Assembly: GCF_001194135.2 (NCBI RefSeq)
Contig: NC_068985.1
Span: 113,275,758 to 113,308,783, forward strand
DNA length: 33,026 bases
Source: Octopus bimaculoides
Taxonomy: Eukaryota
Direction: 5' to 3'
The translations under genes and the position numbers were made by a program. Below are positions 1 to 10,734 of this stretch, in pieces (the stretch's first letter is position 1; each line of letters starts with the position of its first letter). Under the pieces are notes generated by a model. The model was not told the origin of the DNA. It saw only the letters and a list, made by a program, of their open reading frames with translations, and ran no database searches.

Positions 1-29
<29 letters not shown>
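1..29. repeat. (TG)n microsatellite
   Basis: Direct reading. Confidence 0.95.
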
Positions 30-31
<2 letters not shown>

Positions 32-34
32 CAG

Positions 35-430
35 GGTGAGGTACCATCTCTTAGCCACTATTGTTTCCAGATCTACTCTAGCCTGGAGTAGTGGCATGTT
101 TCAGGATCCCAGCTGTAAGTCATTTAGCATGTTAGGGTTTGCCTATTTAATTATGTGAAAACTGGACGCGGAGGACTCTGCCGAAGAAATCTTCATGTTT
201 CAACGGAGGTAAAGGTGTCTGCAGCATCGTTATCGTGGTGTGCGGAGACCAAGATGATGCAAGTAAGACATCTTGATCATCCACTGCACCCGTCTCCATC
301 CCCATCTATCTTGATCTGGATTTTAAATCGTCGCAGACATGAGAGTGAAGCTGGCGATATGCAACACATCTTCACTTTAAACAGTCATCGCTCAAATCAT
401 CAGTCATCCTTAAGGATGACTAGATGTTCT
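35..430 (+). mobile_element. Highly decayed RTE-like LINE fragment (C-terminal part of ORF2)
   Basis: Manual translation across frameshifts gives ATIVSRS...KSFSML, LHVSTEVKV...WCAET...RHL and KQSSLK.S...LRMT. These are in the order of RTE ORF2 motifs (GSxLS, STKxKVY, YGxETW, QxQLRWxGHVxRM). The match is by eye only. Confidence 0.4.
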
Positions 431-444
431 AACGGACTTACAAG

Positions 445-495
445 TGTGTGTATGTGTGTGTTTGTGTGTGTGTGTGTGTGTATGTGTGTGTGTGC
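445..495. repeat. (GT)n microsatellite, interrupted
   Basis: Direct reading. Confidence 0.9.
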
Positions 496-859
496 ACGCG
501 GATGGATTCCAGTTTCTAAAATAATTGTGTGTGTATATGCTTGTAGAAGGAAAGAAGTGTTGTAAGTTGACAGTTTTAAATTCCCCATAAGTAATTTCTC
601 TTGAACAAGTTGAAGCATATAAGTGAGAAATATAAGTCTGGTATGCTTCTGTTTGCTAAAACTTTTTTGGGGTTGCACAATGCATCGTGAATAAATTATG
701 TAAATTCAAATGAATAGCTAAACTTATTTTAGAATAATTATTTTAAACGAATAGAGTAAAATGTGTACTTCAACAACAAATGAATATACGGAAACAGGCA
801 AAATACAAATAATGGAACCGGACACGCTCAACCCTCATCCTTTATCGACCAAGTATCAT

Positions 860-1160
860 CACAATTTCGACGCCTGTATTTTCCAGGATTCTCCAGAGAC
901 CCTTTGCTGTATTGTCGTTGTAGCGGTTCAGAGCAACACCTAATATGTTTCTGTCAATCTAATGACGTAAAATATAAGTAAAGTGAACGACATAAAATGA
1001 TAGAACAGCAACTAAATGTATACAATTAACAATATCAATTTGTATAAACGGAGAAATACAAAGCCTACTGTCCACGACATAAGAATGAATAAACTTCCAG
1101 ATAACAGGAAATATTTATTCTTTTGGAACAGGGGATCTCGAAGCAGCGGAAACGCTTTAA
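860..1160 (+). mobile_element. Possible gag zinc-knuckle/protease relic of an LTR retrotransposon
   Basis: 913-954 translates CRCSGSEQHLICFC, one AGC-to-TGC change away from CX2CX4HX4C. About 200 bp downstream is a weak, frameshifted DTG-like protease context. Confidence 0.25.
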
Positions 1161-1269
1161 ATAATAGCCTGTAATATTAAGTAAAGAGTGTATTATTTGG
1201 TTTTGGTTGGTCCTGATTGAGTGTTGACTCTTTTATATTGTACAGTATAGAGACCTTTCTTGGTATATT

Positions 1270-1860
1270 GGCAATGCTTCTGGAATTGCCCCTGGTTGAA
1301 GGTCGCTCAGAGACACTCCCAACTCTTTAACTGCTCATCTCAGAAGAGGAAACTCTAAACAAATCTTGTGGTCTGATAATTACTGAGCTTCTGGTACTTG
1401 TTGCAACCGACCAATACAAGTCTGAAGAATGACAGAATGGGACTGGCTCTGCTCAAACTATGCCCACTGTAATGAGATTTATCGTGCGGCATGTTCAGCA
1501 AACCAAGACACCAATACTAACATCGTCACATTTTCTTCATGAGCCCAGTGGCAAAAATAAAAAAGAAAAATGAAAGAGGCGACAGAGACAAGTAGATGTC
1601 ACTGAAGGTCTTCACCTTCGACCCTGCAGACAGGTAGCCATAAGGATATGGTCGTTTTATGCAAATGCTACGCTGACCCCTCATTCACTAAAGTGACGAG
1701 AGAGTTCACCATATTGGCAATACCAGTATATTGTGTATTTCATGCTGTTTAGAACTGCCAGCTATTTTCATAAATATATTGGACAATATCTTAATTTATT
1801 AAGTTAAATGCACCAGTTGGTACAGAGATAGCCATTGCTTTCATCTGCTACGATTGAAAA
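1270..1860 (+). mobile_element. Possible BEL/Pao-type integrase relic
   Basis: 1342-1380 reads RRGNSKQILWSDN (compare RRGxPxxIxSDN). It is followed in the expected order by EWDW...YAHCNEIYRAA, FLHE and RQVAI.DMVVL, with many stops and frameshifts. Confidence 0.35.
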
Positions 1861-2640
1861 ATTTCAATTTTCGTGTCCTTCTGTACTTCGTTTCGCTGGG
1901 AAACCAGTTAATGTACAAAATTGGCTCGATTATCAGGAGAAATAATAATACAACTCTTGGAAGCAAATTATGATAAAACAATCAAAACAACAATAAAACA
2001 ACAAAAGAAAATATGAAAAGGAAAGTTGATGGAATGAAAAAAAAAAAACTCTCAGTTAACAGTGAAATCAATAAACATCTCTCAGAGATGAAAGTGGTAA
2101 AAAAAATGAAATGAAAATGCTTATCATGCGTGAAAAAATAGCATTAGGTGGGGGTATAATTGAGGCTCATAGTATTGGCGTTATCATAGAGAATAAGATG
2201 TTTATAGGAATGTAAGCTGTTCATTAATGGCCAACAGATAATCTGAAAGATAAACTAAACAAAAACTAGTGTATCGGCTACAATAGCAGAACCAGAATAC
2301 AGAGATGAGTTCAGTCTGTATAATTACAAAATCACAGCCATATCAGAGCACTACATTGGTTAGATATAAGCGTTTTTAATATGACCTTGATAATAAAACC
2401 GATCAGTTGTGAGGAGGGTTCGAGTTTCCATTCGAAAATATCTCGTTAAAAAAAGAGAAATATCTACAACATATTCGAAAAGCTATTAGTTAGATATTTT
2501 CTACAACTAGAAGCATCTTCGGGATAATGTCAGAGAATTGGAACTGTTTCAACAGGTTCATGAAGATTTTTACGTTCTGGAACTAGAAGGATCTTCAGAA
2601 TGATTTGCGAAAATTGGAACCATTTGTGCAGGTTTTTGAG

Positions 2641-2642
<2 letters not shown>

Positions 2643-2687
<45 letters not shown>

Positions 2688-2740
2688 CGCATGTATGTGT
2701 GTGTGTGTGTGTGTGCGCACGTTTGTGTGTATGCATGTAT
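2643..2740. repeat. (GT)n/(GC)n compound microsatellite
   Basis: Direct reading. Confidence 0.9.
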
Positions 2741-3314
2741 GTTACACTTTTACAAGAAGAGGGGTGACAGTAACTTCGAAGTTTCGGCCTGCTATCCTTC
2801 CAGAAAGTATTGAAGAATTCTTCTGTCTAATGTTTTCATCATAACTCGACATAAATAGGAACATTATTATCTTTATACAAATCGTTGCTATTATGCAAAA
2901 GTACCGTAAGTCCAAAACGCTTTTCAGAAAACGCAAAAATAGTTTCCCCATTCTATTTCTTTTTACATTAGCAACAGTTTCAGCTTAACGATAATGCTTT
3001 GTTAAGTGCATTAAATCGTAACTCCATGCATGTATGATATTTTCAGTGAGAAATATTTTTGCAAAACTGTCGTATGTGGGACTTTCTACATTTTTGAAAA
3101 ATACTAAACCGTTGTACTACACTTTGACAATTTTAAATATCTTTGCTTCTGAAGCAGCTGGAGATACGGTAGTTTGACCAAAAGAATCGGCTATTGCAAC
3201 CTAAAATAAATATTGAAAACAACGCATTTCGTCAAATTTGGCCGTACGACAGTTTAAACTAATAGCAACGATATATACATACATGCATACACGCGCGCGC
3301 GCACACACATATTG

Positions 3315-3627
3315 TTTCTTTTATCTTTTATCTTTTATCTTTTATATTTTGCGTTCATTAGACTATGAAGATGCTGCTGCAAAACCTTGAAGAATTTTAG
3401 TCGAGCAAATCGACTCCAGCTCATATATCTTTGATCCTGGTTATTATCCCATAGTGTCTATTTGCCGAACCGGTAGATGCAGTGACGTAAACACACAAAC
3501 ACCGGTTGTCATGCAGTAGTGGGGGATAAAACACAGATATAAAGACACACACTCATATATATATATGATGCATTTCTTAGTTTCCGTTTACCAGATCTAC
3601 TCACCAGGCTTTGGTTGACTCGGGCTT
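3315..3627 (-). mobile_element. SINE family A, diverged, tRNA head missing
   Basis: Collinear with the other family A copies (tagtcgagcaaatcgac, ttgccgaacc, accggttgtca, tttccgt.tacca, aggctttggt). Confidence 0.85.
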
Positions 3628-3667
3628 ACCACGCAGGCATACATACATACATACATACATACATACA

Positions 3668-3690
<23 letters not shown>
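3628..3690. repeat. (TACA)n microsatellite
   Basis: Direct reading. It abuts the 3' tail of the next SINE. Confidence 0.95.
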
Positions 3691-3700
<10 letters not shown>

Positions 3701-4032
3701 TACTCTTTTACTTGTTTCAGTCATTTGACTGCGGCCATGCCGGAGCACCGCCTTTAGTCGAGCAAATCGACCCCAGGACGTATTCTTTGTAAGCCTACTA
3801 CTTATTCTATCGGTCTCTTTTGCCGAACCGCGATGTTGTGGGGACAAACACAGACATACATATATACGACGGGCTTCTTTCAGTTTCCGTCTACCAAATC
3901 CACTCACAAGGCTTTGGTCGGCCCGAGGCTATAGTAGAAGACACTTTCCCAAGGTGTCACGCAATGGGACTGAACCCGGAGCCATGTGGTTGGTAAGCAA
4001 GGTACTTACCACATAGCTACTCCTGCGCCTAT
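3691..4032 (-). mobile_element. SINE family A, near full length and relatively young, with a ~40 bp internal deletion
   Basis: The minus strand starts GGCGCAGGAGTAGCTATGTGGTAAG (A-box-like) and carries CCGGGTTCAGTCCC (B-box-like). A CCTTGGGAAAGTGTCTTCTACTATAGCC body and a TAAAAGAG-type tail follow. About 13 related copies occur in the window. Confidence 0.92.
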
Positions 4033-4057
4033 GTACTGTATATATAATGTATATATA

Positions 4058-4114
4058 TGGCTCTGTGATAAGTTTCCTTCTTAACCACACGGTTTCGGGT
4101 TCAATCCCTCTGCG
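4058..4114 (+). mobile_element. SINE family A head fragment
   Basis: ggctctgtgataag...aaccacacggtttcgggttcaatccctctgcgt matches the family A tRNA-like head. Confidence 0.75.
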
Positions 4115-4941
4115 TATTTGTATGTATATATGTATGTACAAGTAGTTGTAACAATATATTCATATAACTGTGTGCATATATTTTATATCAATATGTAATA
4201 GCAGCCAGTGGTAGGTTCCTCAGTATTTATATTGAGATGTTACAACCAGAACATTGATTGACTTCATCCTGTTAATAGGTGAAGGGAGCTCTGGCTAATT
4301 AATCGCACGAATCTTTGCCGTCAAGTTAGTCAAGTTAGTTAATGAAATGACAGAGACGTAACGTCCATCCGGTTGAGATGTTAGAGGTGCCAATAGTGAA
4401 AACGCAGACAAATTGAAAATATTTCCGTTTCATAGACACAAATAATGCCATTGATTTTTCTTAAACACAGCAATGTCATCAACCAACTGCTCAGCCTACA
4501 CACACTTAGCAACATTTGTATAAATGAATGGGTTGTATTTTAACAACAACATGGCGTCGGTAAAAGCGCTAAACAACAGCAATATGAGTGGTAGAAGCTT
4601 CAGTAACAATAAGAACAAGAGAATCACTAATATTAGCAGCAGCTGCTTCATTAGTTGAATTGAGCAATTCTTTCAACCGTTATAACGAGACAGCAGCCAT
4701 TGTGGTAAATTTTGTTGATTAAATAAACACCCGTATAATTACTTCCGGTAGCACAATACGGCGATTGCTGTGATCAGTTTGACGAGGAAGCTAGAAAAAC
4801 TAATTAAATGCCATATAATCAAATTAAGAGAAATTAGTAAATTCAGATTTATTTTATTTATTTATTTTTATTTTATTTTATTTATTAATTTTTTTTTTTT
4901 GCTAATTTTCAATCCGATAACCAATTCATTTAATACTGTTT

Positions 4942-4962
4942 TATTATTATTATTATTATTAA

Positions 4963-5013
<51 letters not shown>

Positions 5014-5060
5014 CATCATCATCATTATTATTATTATTATTATTATCATCATCATCATCA

Positions 5061-5139
<79 letters not shown>

Positions 5140-5156
5140 CATCATCATCATCATCA

Positions 5157-5193
<37 letters not shown>

Positions 5194-5207
5194 CATCATC
5201 ATCATCA

Positions 5208-5256
<49 letters not shown>
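4942..5256. repeat. (ATT)n/(ATC)n compound trinucleotide microsatellite, ~315 bp
   Basis: Direct reading. It explains the poly-L, poly-N/D and poly-I/M ORFs. Confidence 0.98.
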
Positions 5257-5747
5257 CCTTAACAACATCCGTATTTTGACATTCATACGTATTTACGACT
5301 TTCAGAACATTTCTATGAATGCACAAAGAAGTTTTAAAAAGGATAGAAAAAGTTTCTGTGTAGTGTTGAAGATTTTAAAATCAAATTTAATGTTTATTTC
5401 AATATATAATAGAAAAAAAAAACATGCAAATTACAAAACCGTCACGAAATTTCTCACGAAATATTTCTTCTATTTCCCACGTTAGCTGTTTATATCCAGA
5501 ATATTCCATCATGTTTATTGAATGTATCCAGCTGATGTATTTAAAAATGTCTGAACAGAAACTGCGTGAATGAAGACAACACATACTTCTTACTCTTGTC
5601 TTCCACCCCAAGAACTAACCAGATATTTTTCTAAACAGTAACTCACAAACATTACTCAACAACTCCGACATTATTTCCCTGTAGAATGATATAAAACGTG
5701 CTTTATTTTACTTCATGTGCAATAAAGATTCAATTCAATATGTTTTT

Positions 5748-6290
5748 CATTTTATCTTTATTTTTCCCTTGTTTCGATCATTGTGCACTGGCCATGCTAG
5801 GGCACCGCCTTGAAGTGTTTAGTCGAACAAATTGATCCCGGTATTTTTAAAGAAAACCTGGTACTTATATCATTGGTTTCTTATTGTCGCGACTGCTAGA
5901 TAATGAGGACATAAACGAAACATTACCGGTTGTCGAGCATTAGTGGGGCGACCAACACAAACGCACAGACTCCTCCCACACACACATGCACACACACACA
6001 CCCCTACACAGCTACACACACATAAATATATGTATGTAAGTATTTATATATGTATGTATGTATGCATGTATGTATGGATGGATGGATGGGTAGATGGATG
6101 GATGGATGGATGGATGGATGTATACGATGGGTAGATGCATACCATGGACTTGCACACAATTTCCGTTACCAAATTCACTCACAAGGCATTAGTCGGACCG
6201 AGAGTATAGTAGATAATACCCAGGACTGAACCCCAAACTACGGGCTTGCAAAGCGAGCTACTTAACCACACAGCCATAGCTGCGCCTATA
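5748..6290 (-). mobile_element. SINE family A with expanded internal (CA)/(TATG)/(GGAT) repeats
   Basis: Tail 5748-5970, simple repeats 5975-6135 and head ending cacagccatagctgcgcctat at ~6290. Confidence 0.88.
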
Positions 6291-6303
6291 GTATTTCTTG
6301 TAT

Positions 6304-7146
6304 AGGGCTNNNNNNNNNNNNNNNNNNNNNNNNNNNNNNNNNNNNNNNNNNNNNNNNNNNNNNNNNNNNNNNNNNNNNNNNNNNNNNNNNNNNNNNNNNN
6401 NNNNNNNNNNNNNNNNNNNNNNNNNNNNNNNNNNNNNNNNNNNNNNNNNNNNNNNNNNNNNNNNNNNNNNNNNNNNNNNNNNNNNNNNNNNNNNNNNNNN
6501 NNNNNNNNNNNNNNNNNNNNNNNNNNNNNNNNNNNNNNNNNNNNNNNNNNNNNNNNNNNNNNNNNNNNNNNNNNNNNNNNNNNNNNNNNNNNNNNNNNNN
6601 NNNNNNNNNNNNNNNNNNNNNNNNNNNNNNNNNNNNNNNNNNNNNNNNNNNNNNNNNNNNNNNNNNNNNNNNNNNNNNNNNNNNNNNNNNNNNNNNNNNN
6701 NNNNNNNNNNNNNNNNNNNNNNNNNNNNNNNNNNNNNNNNNNNNNNNNNNNNNNNNNNGTAGCACGAGGTAATTATGTCATTATCTGTGAAATTCGGCAA
6801 CTGACAAAGATCTTTAGATCAGGCAATACTTCACCGAGAGGAGATATAAGCTTCTGCTTATTCCTGTCTGAAGTATCGTCCGATGAATTTACTTTGTTGA
6901 CATATCGACAGAATTTTTATACCTTTCAACCTTTCAATCAAGTCCGCCTTTCTTCCAGTAACATACTGTCCATATAATCTTAAATATTTCTTTAACTCAG
7001 GCACAGTAAGTACTTCGATAGCTGAATCATCAAGCTGCTTTATATCCATGCTTTATATCAATGGCGTGGGTTAGCCTCCGGAAGTTTGATTATCTACATG
7101 GAGCGCCGCTTAGCCAAGGGAGATAACCTACTTATAGGAAAGCCCT
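6304..7146 (-). mobile_element. Probable ISL2EU (PIF/Harbinger-related) DNA transposon, internally deleted or partly hidden in the gap
   Basis: The left end reads AT|AGGGCT (6302-6309, then gap) and the right end reads AGCCCT|AT (7141-7148), giving inverted termini with an AT duplication. A SAP-domain ORF starts ~100 bp inside the right terminus. Confidence 0.7.
6759..7049 (-). pseudogene. SAP-domain ORF (transposon accessory-protein N-terminus), frameshifted
   Basis: LTVPELKKYLRLYGQYVTGRKADLIERL fits the SAP pattern LxVxELKxxLxxxGLxxxGxKxxLxxRL. It continues via frameshifts as KLISPLGEVLPDLK and LPNFTDNDIITSCY into the gap. Confidence 0.75.
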
Positions 7147-7184
7147 ATAAGAACGCTCCTGAGAAAGGAAAATAAACTGCCCGA

Positions 7185-7410
7185 TAATCAGGGACTTTTT
7201 TCAAGTCACCGACTGTTTTCTTCATGACCCTTAGCGATCCAATCATATCTGGTCTTGTTTCTGTCTTCAGGTTTCACAGTGGGTTTATTTCAATTTCTAG
7301 GTCTTTATATTTGGAATATTTATCATATTCCTTGGCAGGCACATTTTCGGTAGATGCAGTTATCACATCTATAAGTTGGCAAGTCTTGCTTTTGGTATCT
7401 TTTAAAGACA
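7185..7410 (-). mobile_element. R4/Dong-like non-LTR retrotransposon fragment, restriction-like endonuclease C-terminus
   Basis: Translates LKDTKSKTCQLIDVITASTENVPAKEYDKYSKYKDLEIEINPL*NLKTETRPDMIGSLRVMKK. This matches the KxCxLIDxxxPxxxNxxxKExEKxxKYKDLxIEIxxxWxxKTxxxPxxIGxLG pattern, with Trp mutated to a stop. Confidence 0.8.
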
Positions 7411-7534
7411 CCCAAAAACAATGTGCGATCAGATGATATTGTAAAGTTTCAAAGGATGGTGATACCGTTACTTTCAATGAATAATTTCGGTTAGTGTTCA
7501 TACCAGCTTCTCGCATGTTTAGTCTTCAGGTATC

Positions 7535-7555
7535 GCGCACACACACGCACAGACA

Positions 7556-7600
<45 letters not shown>
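7535..7600. repeat. (CA)n microsatellite
   Basis: Direct reading. Confidence 0.95.
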
Positions 7601-7604
<4 letters not shown>

Positions 7605-7605
<1 letters not shown>

Positions 7606-7828
7606 AGGCGGCGAGCTGGCAGAAACGTTAGCACGCCGGGCGAAATGCTTAGCGGTATTTAGTCTGCCGCTACGTTCTGAGTTCAAATTCCGCCGAGGTC
7701 GACTTTACCTTTCATCCTTTCGGGGTCGATTAAATAAGTACCAGTTACGCACTGGGGTCGATATAATCGACTTAATCCGTTTGTCTGTCTTTGTTTGTCC
7801 CCTCTGTGTGTAGCCCCTTGTGGGTAGT
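7605..7828 (+). mobile_element. SINE family B, young copy, tail variant 1
   Basis: A-box-like TGGCAGAAACGTTAG and B-box GAGTTCAAATTCC, then the body gcc/acctttcatcctttcggggtcgattaaataagtacc. It is about 95% identical by eye to 10538-10734. Confidence 0.93.
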
Positions 7829-8807
7829 NNNNNNNNNNNNNNNNNNNNNNNNNNNNNNNNNNNNNNNNNNNNNNNNNNNNNNNNNNNNNNNNNNNNNNNN
7901 NNNNNNNNNNNNNNNNNNNNNNNNNNNNNNNNNNNNNNNNNNNNNNNNNNNNNNNNNNNNNNNNNNNNNNNNNNNNNNNNNNNNNNNNNNNNNNNNNNNN
8001 NNNNNNNNNNNNNNNNNNNNNNNNNNNNNNNNNNNNNNNNNNNNNNNNNNNNNNNNNNNNNNNNNNNNNNNNNNNNNNNNNNNNNNNNNNNNNNNNNNNN
8101 NNNNNNNNNNNNNNNNNNNNNNNNNNNNNNNNNNNNNNNNNNNNNNNNNNNNNNNNNNNNNNNNNNNNNNNNNNNNNNNNNNNNNNNNNNNNNNNNNNNN
8201 NNNNNNNNNNNNNNNNNNNNNNNNNNNNNNNNNNNNNNNNNNNNNNNNNNNNNNNNNNNNNNNNNNNNNNNNNNNNNNNNNNNNNNNNNNNNNNNNNNNN
8301 NNNNNNNNNNNNNNNNNNNNNNNNNNNNNNNNNNNNNNNNNNNNNNNNNNNNNNNNNNNNNNNNNNNNNNNNNNNNNNNNNNNNNNNNNNNNNNNNNNNN
8401 NNNNNNNNNNNNNNNNNNNNNNNNNNNNNNNNNNNNNNNNNNNNNNNNNNNNNNNNNNNNNNNNNNNNNNNNNNNNNNNNNNNNNNNNNNNNNNNNNNNN
8501 NNNNNNNNNNNNNNNNNNNNNNNNNNNNNNNNNNNNNNNNNNNNNNNNNNNNNNNNNNNNNNNNNNNNNNNNNNNNNNNNNNNNNNNNNNNNNNNNNNNN
8601 NNNNNNNNNNNNNNNNNNNNNNNNNNNNNNNNNNNNNNNNNNNNNNNNNNNNNNNNNNNNNNNNNNNNNNNNNNNNNNNNNNNNNNNNNNNNNTTTTATA
8701 CGTTTATTTTATACACTTAGTCCTATTAGCTCCTAAATCTTCAAACAAACGAACCTCAACTGCAGCTGAATTAAATTCCAGCTTTAATTTATTTGATAAA
8801 CATTACA

Positions 8808-8849
<42 letters not shown>

Positions 8850-9585
8850 GCAAATAATCTGCAATTGCTGAAGACATCTTATTACTAAACAGACATAGAT
8901 TCTAAACGTGATTTCTCTTTTAAACTATTTATATTTTCGTTAAACAAGCAATGAATTGTCAGGAGTTTCACGTTAAAATTCTAATTTACGATTTGTTTAC
9001 TCTAAATTGAATATTTACCGAAAATATTTCAAAATAATATTTAGCAGCCTATGGAATTTTTTGTTTATTTTATAATTCAATAAATTATGCATTCACAATT
9101 TTTGTTTGATATAATAAGAGGAAATTAAAATATTCATGAAATATCATTTCTTGAAGGAAGTTGCTTTGATGTTAAAGTAAAGAACGAAAGTTCTGATATT
9201 ACGAGACAAAGTATGTAGCCAATAAGACCGATCTATGAAGCATGACGTGCGCAGTTATCGAGCGGAGTGTGTGTGTTTATATGCATGGAGTGCTGCATGA
9301 ACGCTAAATGAAAGAAATGAAGAAGATGCGTTTGTAAATATTGAAAGAGCCATTCTAAGTCATCATCGAGATATAATATATTCGGCTGTGTAATTTGAAT
9401 TAGAATATAAACGTCAGCTTCAAAATTTACCGGTTCAATTGGCTATACAATAATATAACGGCATATGTTTCGTATGTTTATCTCCCCCACGCCAACGAAC
9501 ACGACTGTCCGACAAACGGAAACGTGAAAATGTGTAGCAGTTTTGTGAATTTTTTACAGCTTTAATATAAAGAGTATATGTATAT

Positions 9586-9620
9586 ATGCATGTACGTATG
9601 TATGTATGTATGTATGTATG

Positions 9621-9665
<45 letters not shown>

Positions 9666-9666
9666 A
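9586..9666. repeat. (TATG)n-(TA)n-(TG)n compound microsatellite
   Basis: Direct reading. Confidence 0.95.
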
Positions 9667-9950
9667 TAGTAAAAGTGGCTTGACTTATTAGCATTTTACA
9701 ACCGAAAGGCAGAAATACTGACATCAGGATCAGTATTGCTAGAAATAAGAGTCAAAACAACTCATATCCACAGAAAACACTTATCATTATGATTCACAAG
9801 GGAGGCAGGCTTTCGACATTCAGGGCATAGCCAGATTACCAGTGATTTCCCATTTGATTAATGCTCATCAGTGGCTCTTACCCGGCCTAGGGTTAAGCTC
9901 CCTTGTCTTGTCAGTTTATAAGACTACCGTAGAAATCGTACGCTGATTTC

Positions 9951-10291
9951 ATAAATTGCGGCCTTAAAGAATTTTAGTCGGACGCATCGTCCCCACTAAT
10001 AATTTTTTAAAGCTTACTACTTATTTTATCATTCTCTGTTAACGAACAGCTACGTTACAGAGATGTATTCACACCGATTCTGTCTGCCATCCGAGTGGAT
10101 TTGGTAGACGGAAACTGAGAGAAGCCCGTCGTATATATATGTATATGTGCGTGCGTGTGTGTGTGTGTGTGTATGTGTGTGTGAGTATGTGTGTGTATGT
10201 GTCTTTGTGCCTGAGTGTTCTCCCACCACTGCTTGACAACCGAGCTATGTGGTTGGGAAGTTAACATCTTGCCACACAGCCACGACGGGCC
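9951..10291 (-). mobile_element. SINE family A with its middle segment (~10077-10242) inverted
   Basis: The tail (9951-10076) and head (10243-10291) read on the minus strand. The middle, gagtggatttggtagacgg...gcttgacaaccg, reads on the plus strand. Confidence 0.85.
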
Positions 10292-10364
10292 TATACGTAT
10301 ATATCTATATATATTTACATACATACATACATATACGTATGTATTTATGTGTGTATTTCTTTTC

Positions 10365-10530
10365 TCTTTTATTTTTTACTTGTCTCAGTCATCTGATTGC
10401 GGCCCTGCTGGGGCACCGCAATCGACCCCAAGACTTATTTTTTAAGCCTGGTGCTAATTATCCGTAATACGGGCACGTAAAGATACCAACACCGGTTATC
10501 AAGCGGTAGTAGGAGACAAACACCGACATG
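10365..10530 (-). mobile_element. SINE family A, 3' half with deletions
   Basis: ttacttgtctcagtcat...gggcaccgc...aatcgacccc...accggttatcaagcgg...gacaaacac. Confidence 0.82.
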
Positions 10531-10536
10531 TATATA

Positions 10537-10734
10537 TTATTTCTTTACTACCCACAAGGGGCTACACACAGAGGGGACAAACAAGGACAGACAAACGGGC
10601 TAAGTCGATTACATCGACCCCAGTGCGTAACTGGTACTTATTTAATCGATCCCTAAAGAATGAAAGGCAAAGTCGACCTCGGCGGAATTTGAACTCAGAA
10701 CGTAGCGGCAGACGAAATACCGCTAAGCATTTCG
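10537..10734 (-). mobile_element. SINE family B, young copy, tail variant 1 (head runs into the gap)
   Basis: Reverse complement of 7649-7828 with about 9 differences. It sits at the internal TA tract of the preceding family A copy. Confidence 0.93.

Noticed and set aside
2742-3260. Minus-strand stop-poor stretch as a viral or Polinton-like gene relic
   Set aside because: I could not recognise a motif in any frame, and stops occur in all frames.
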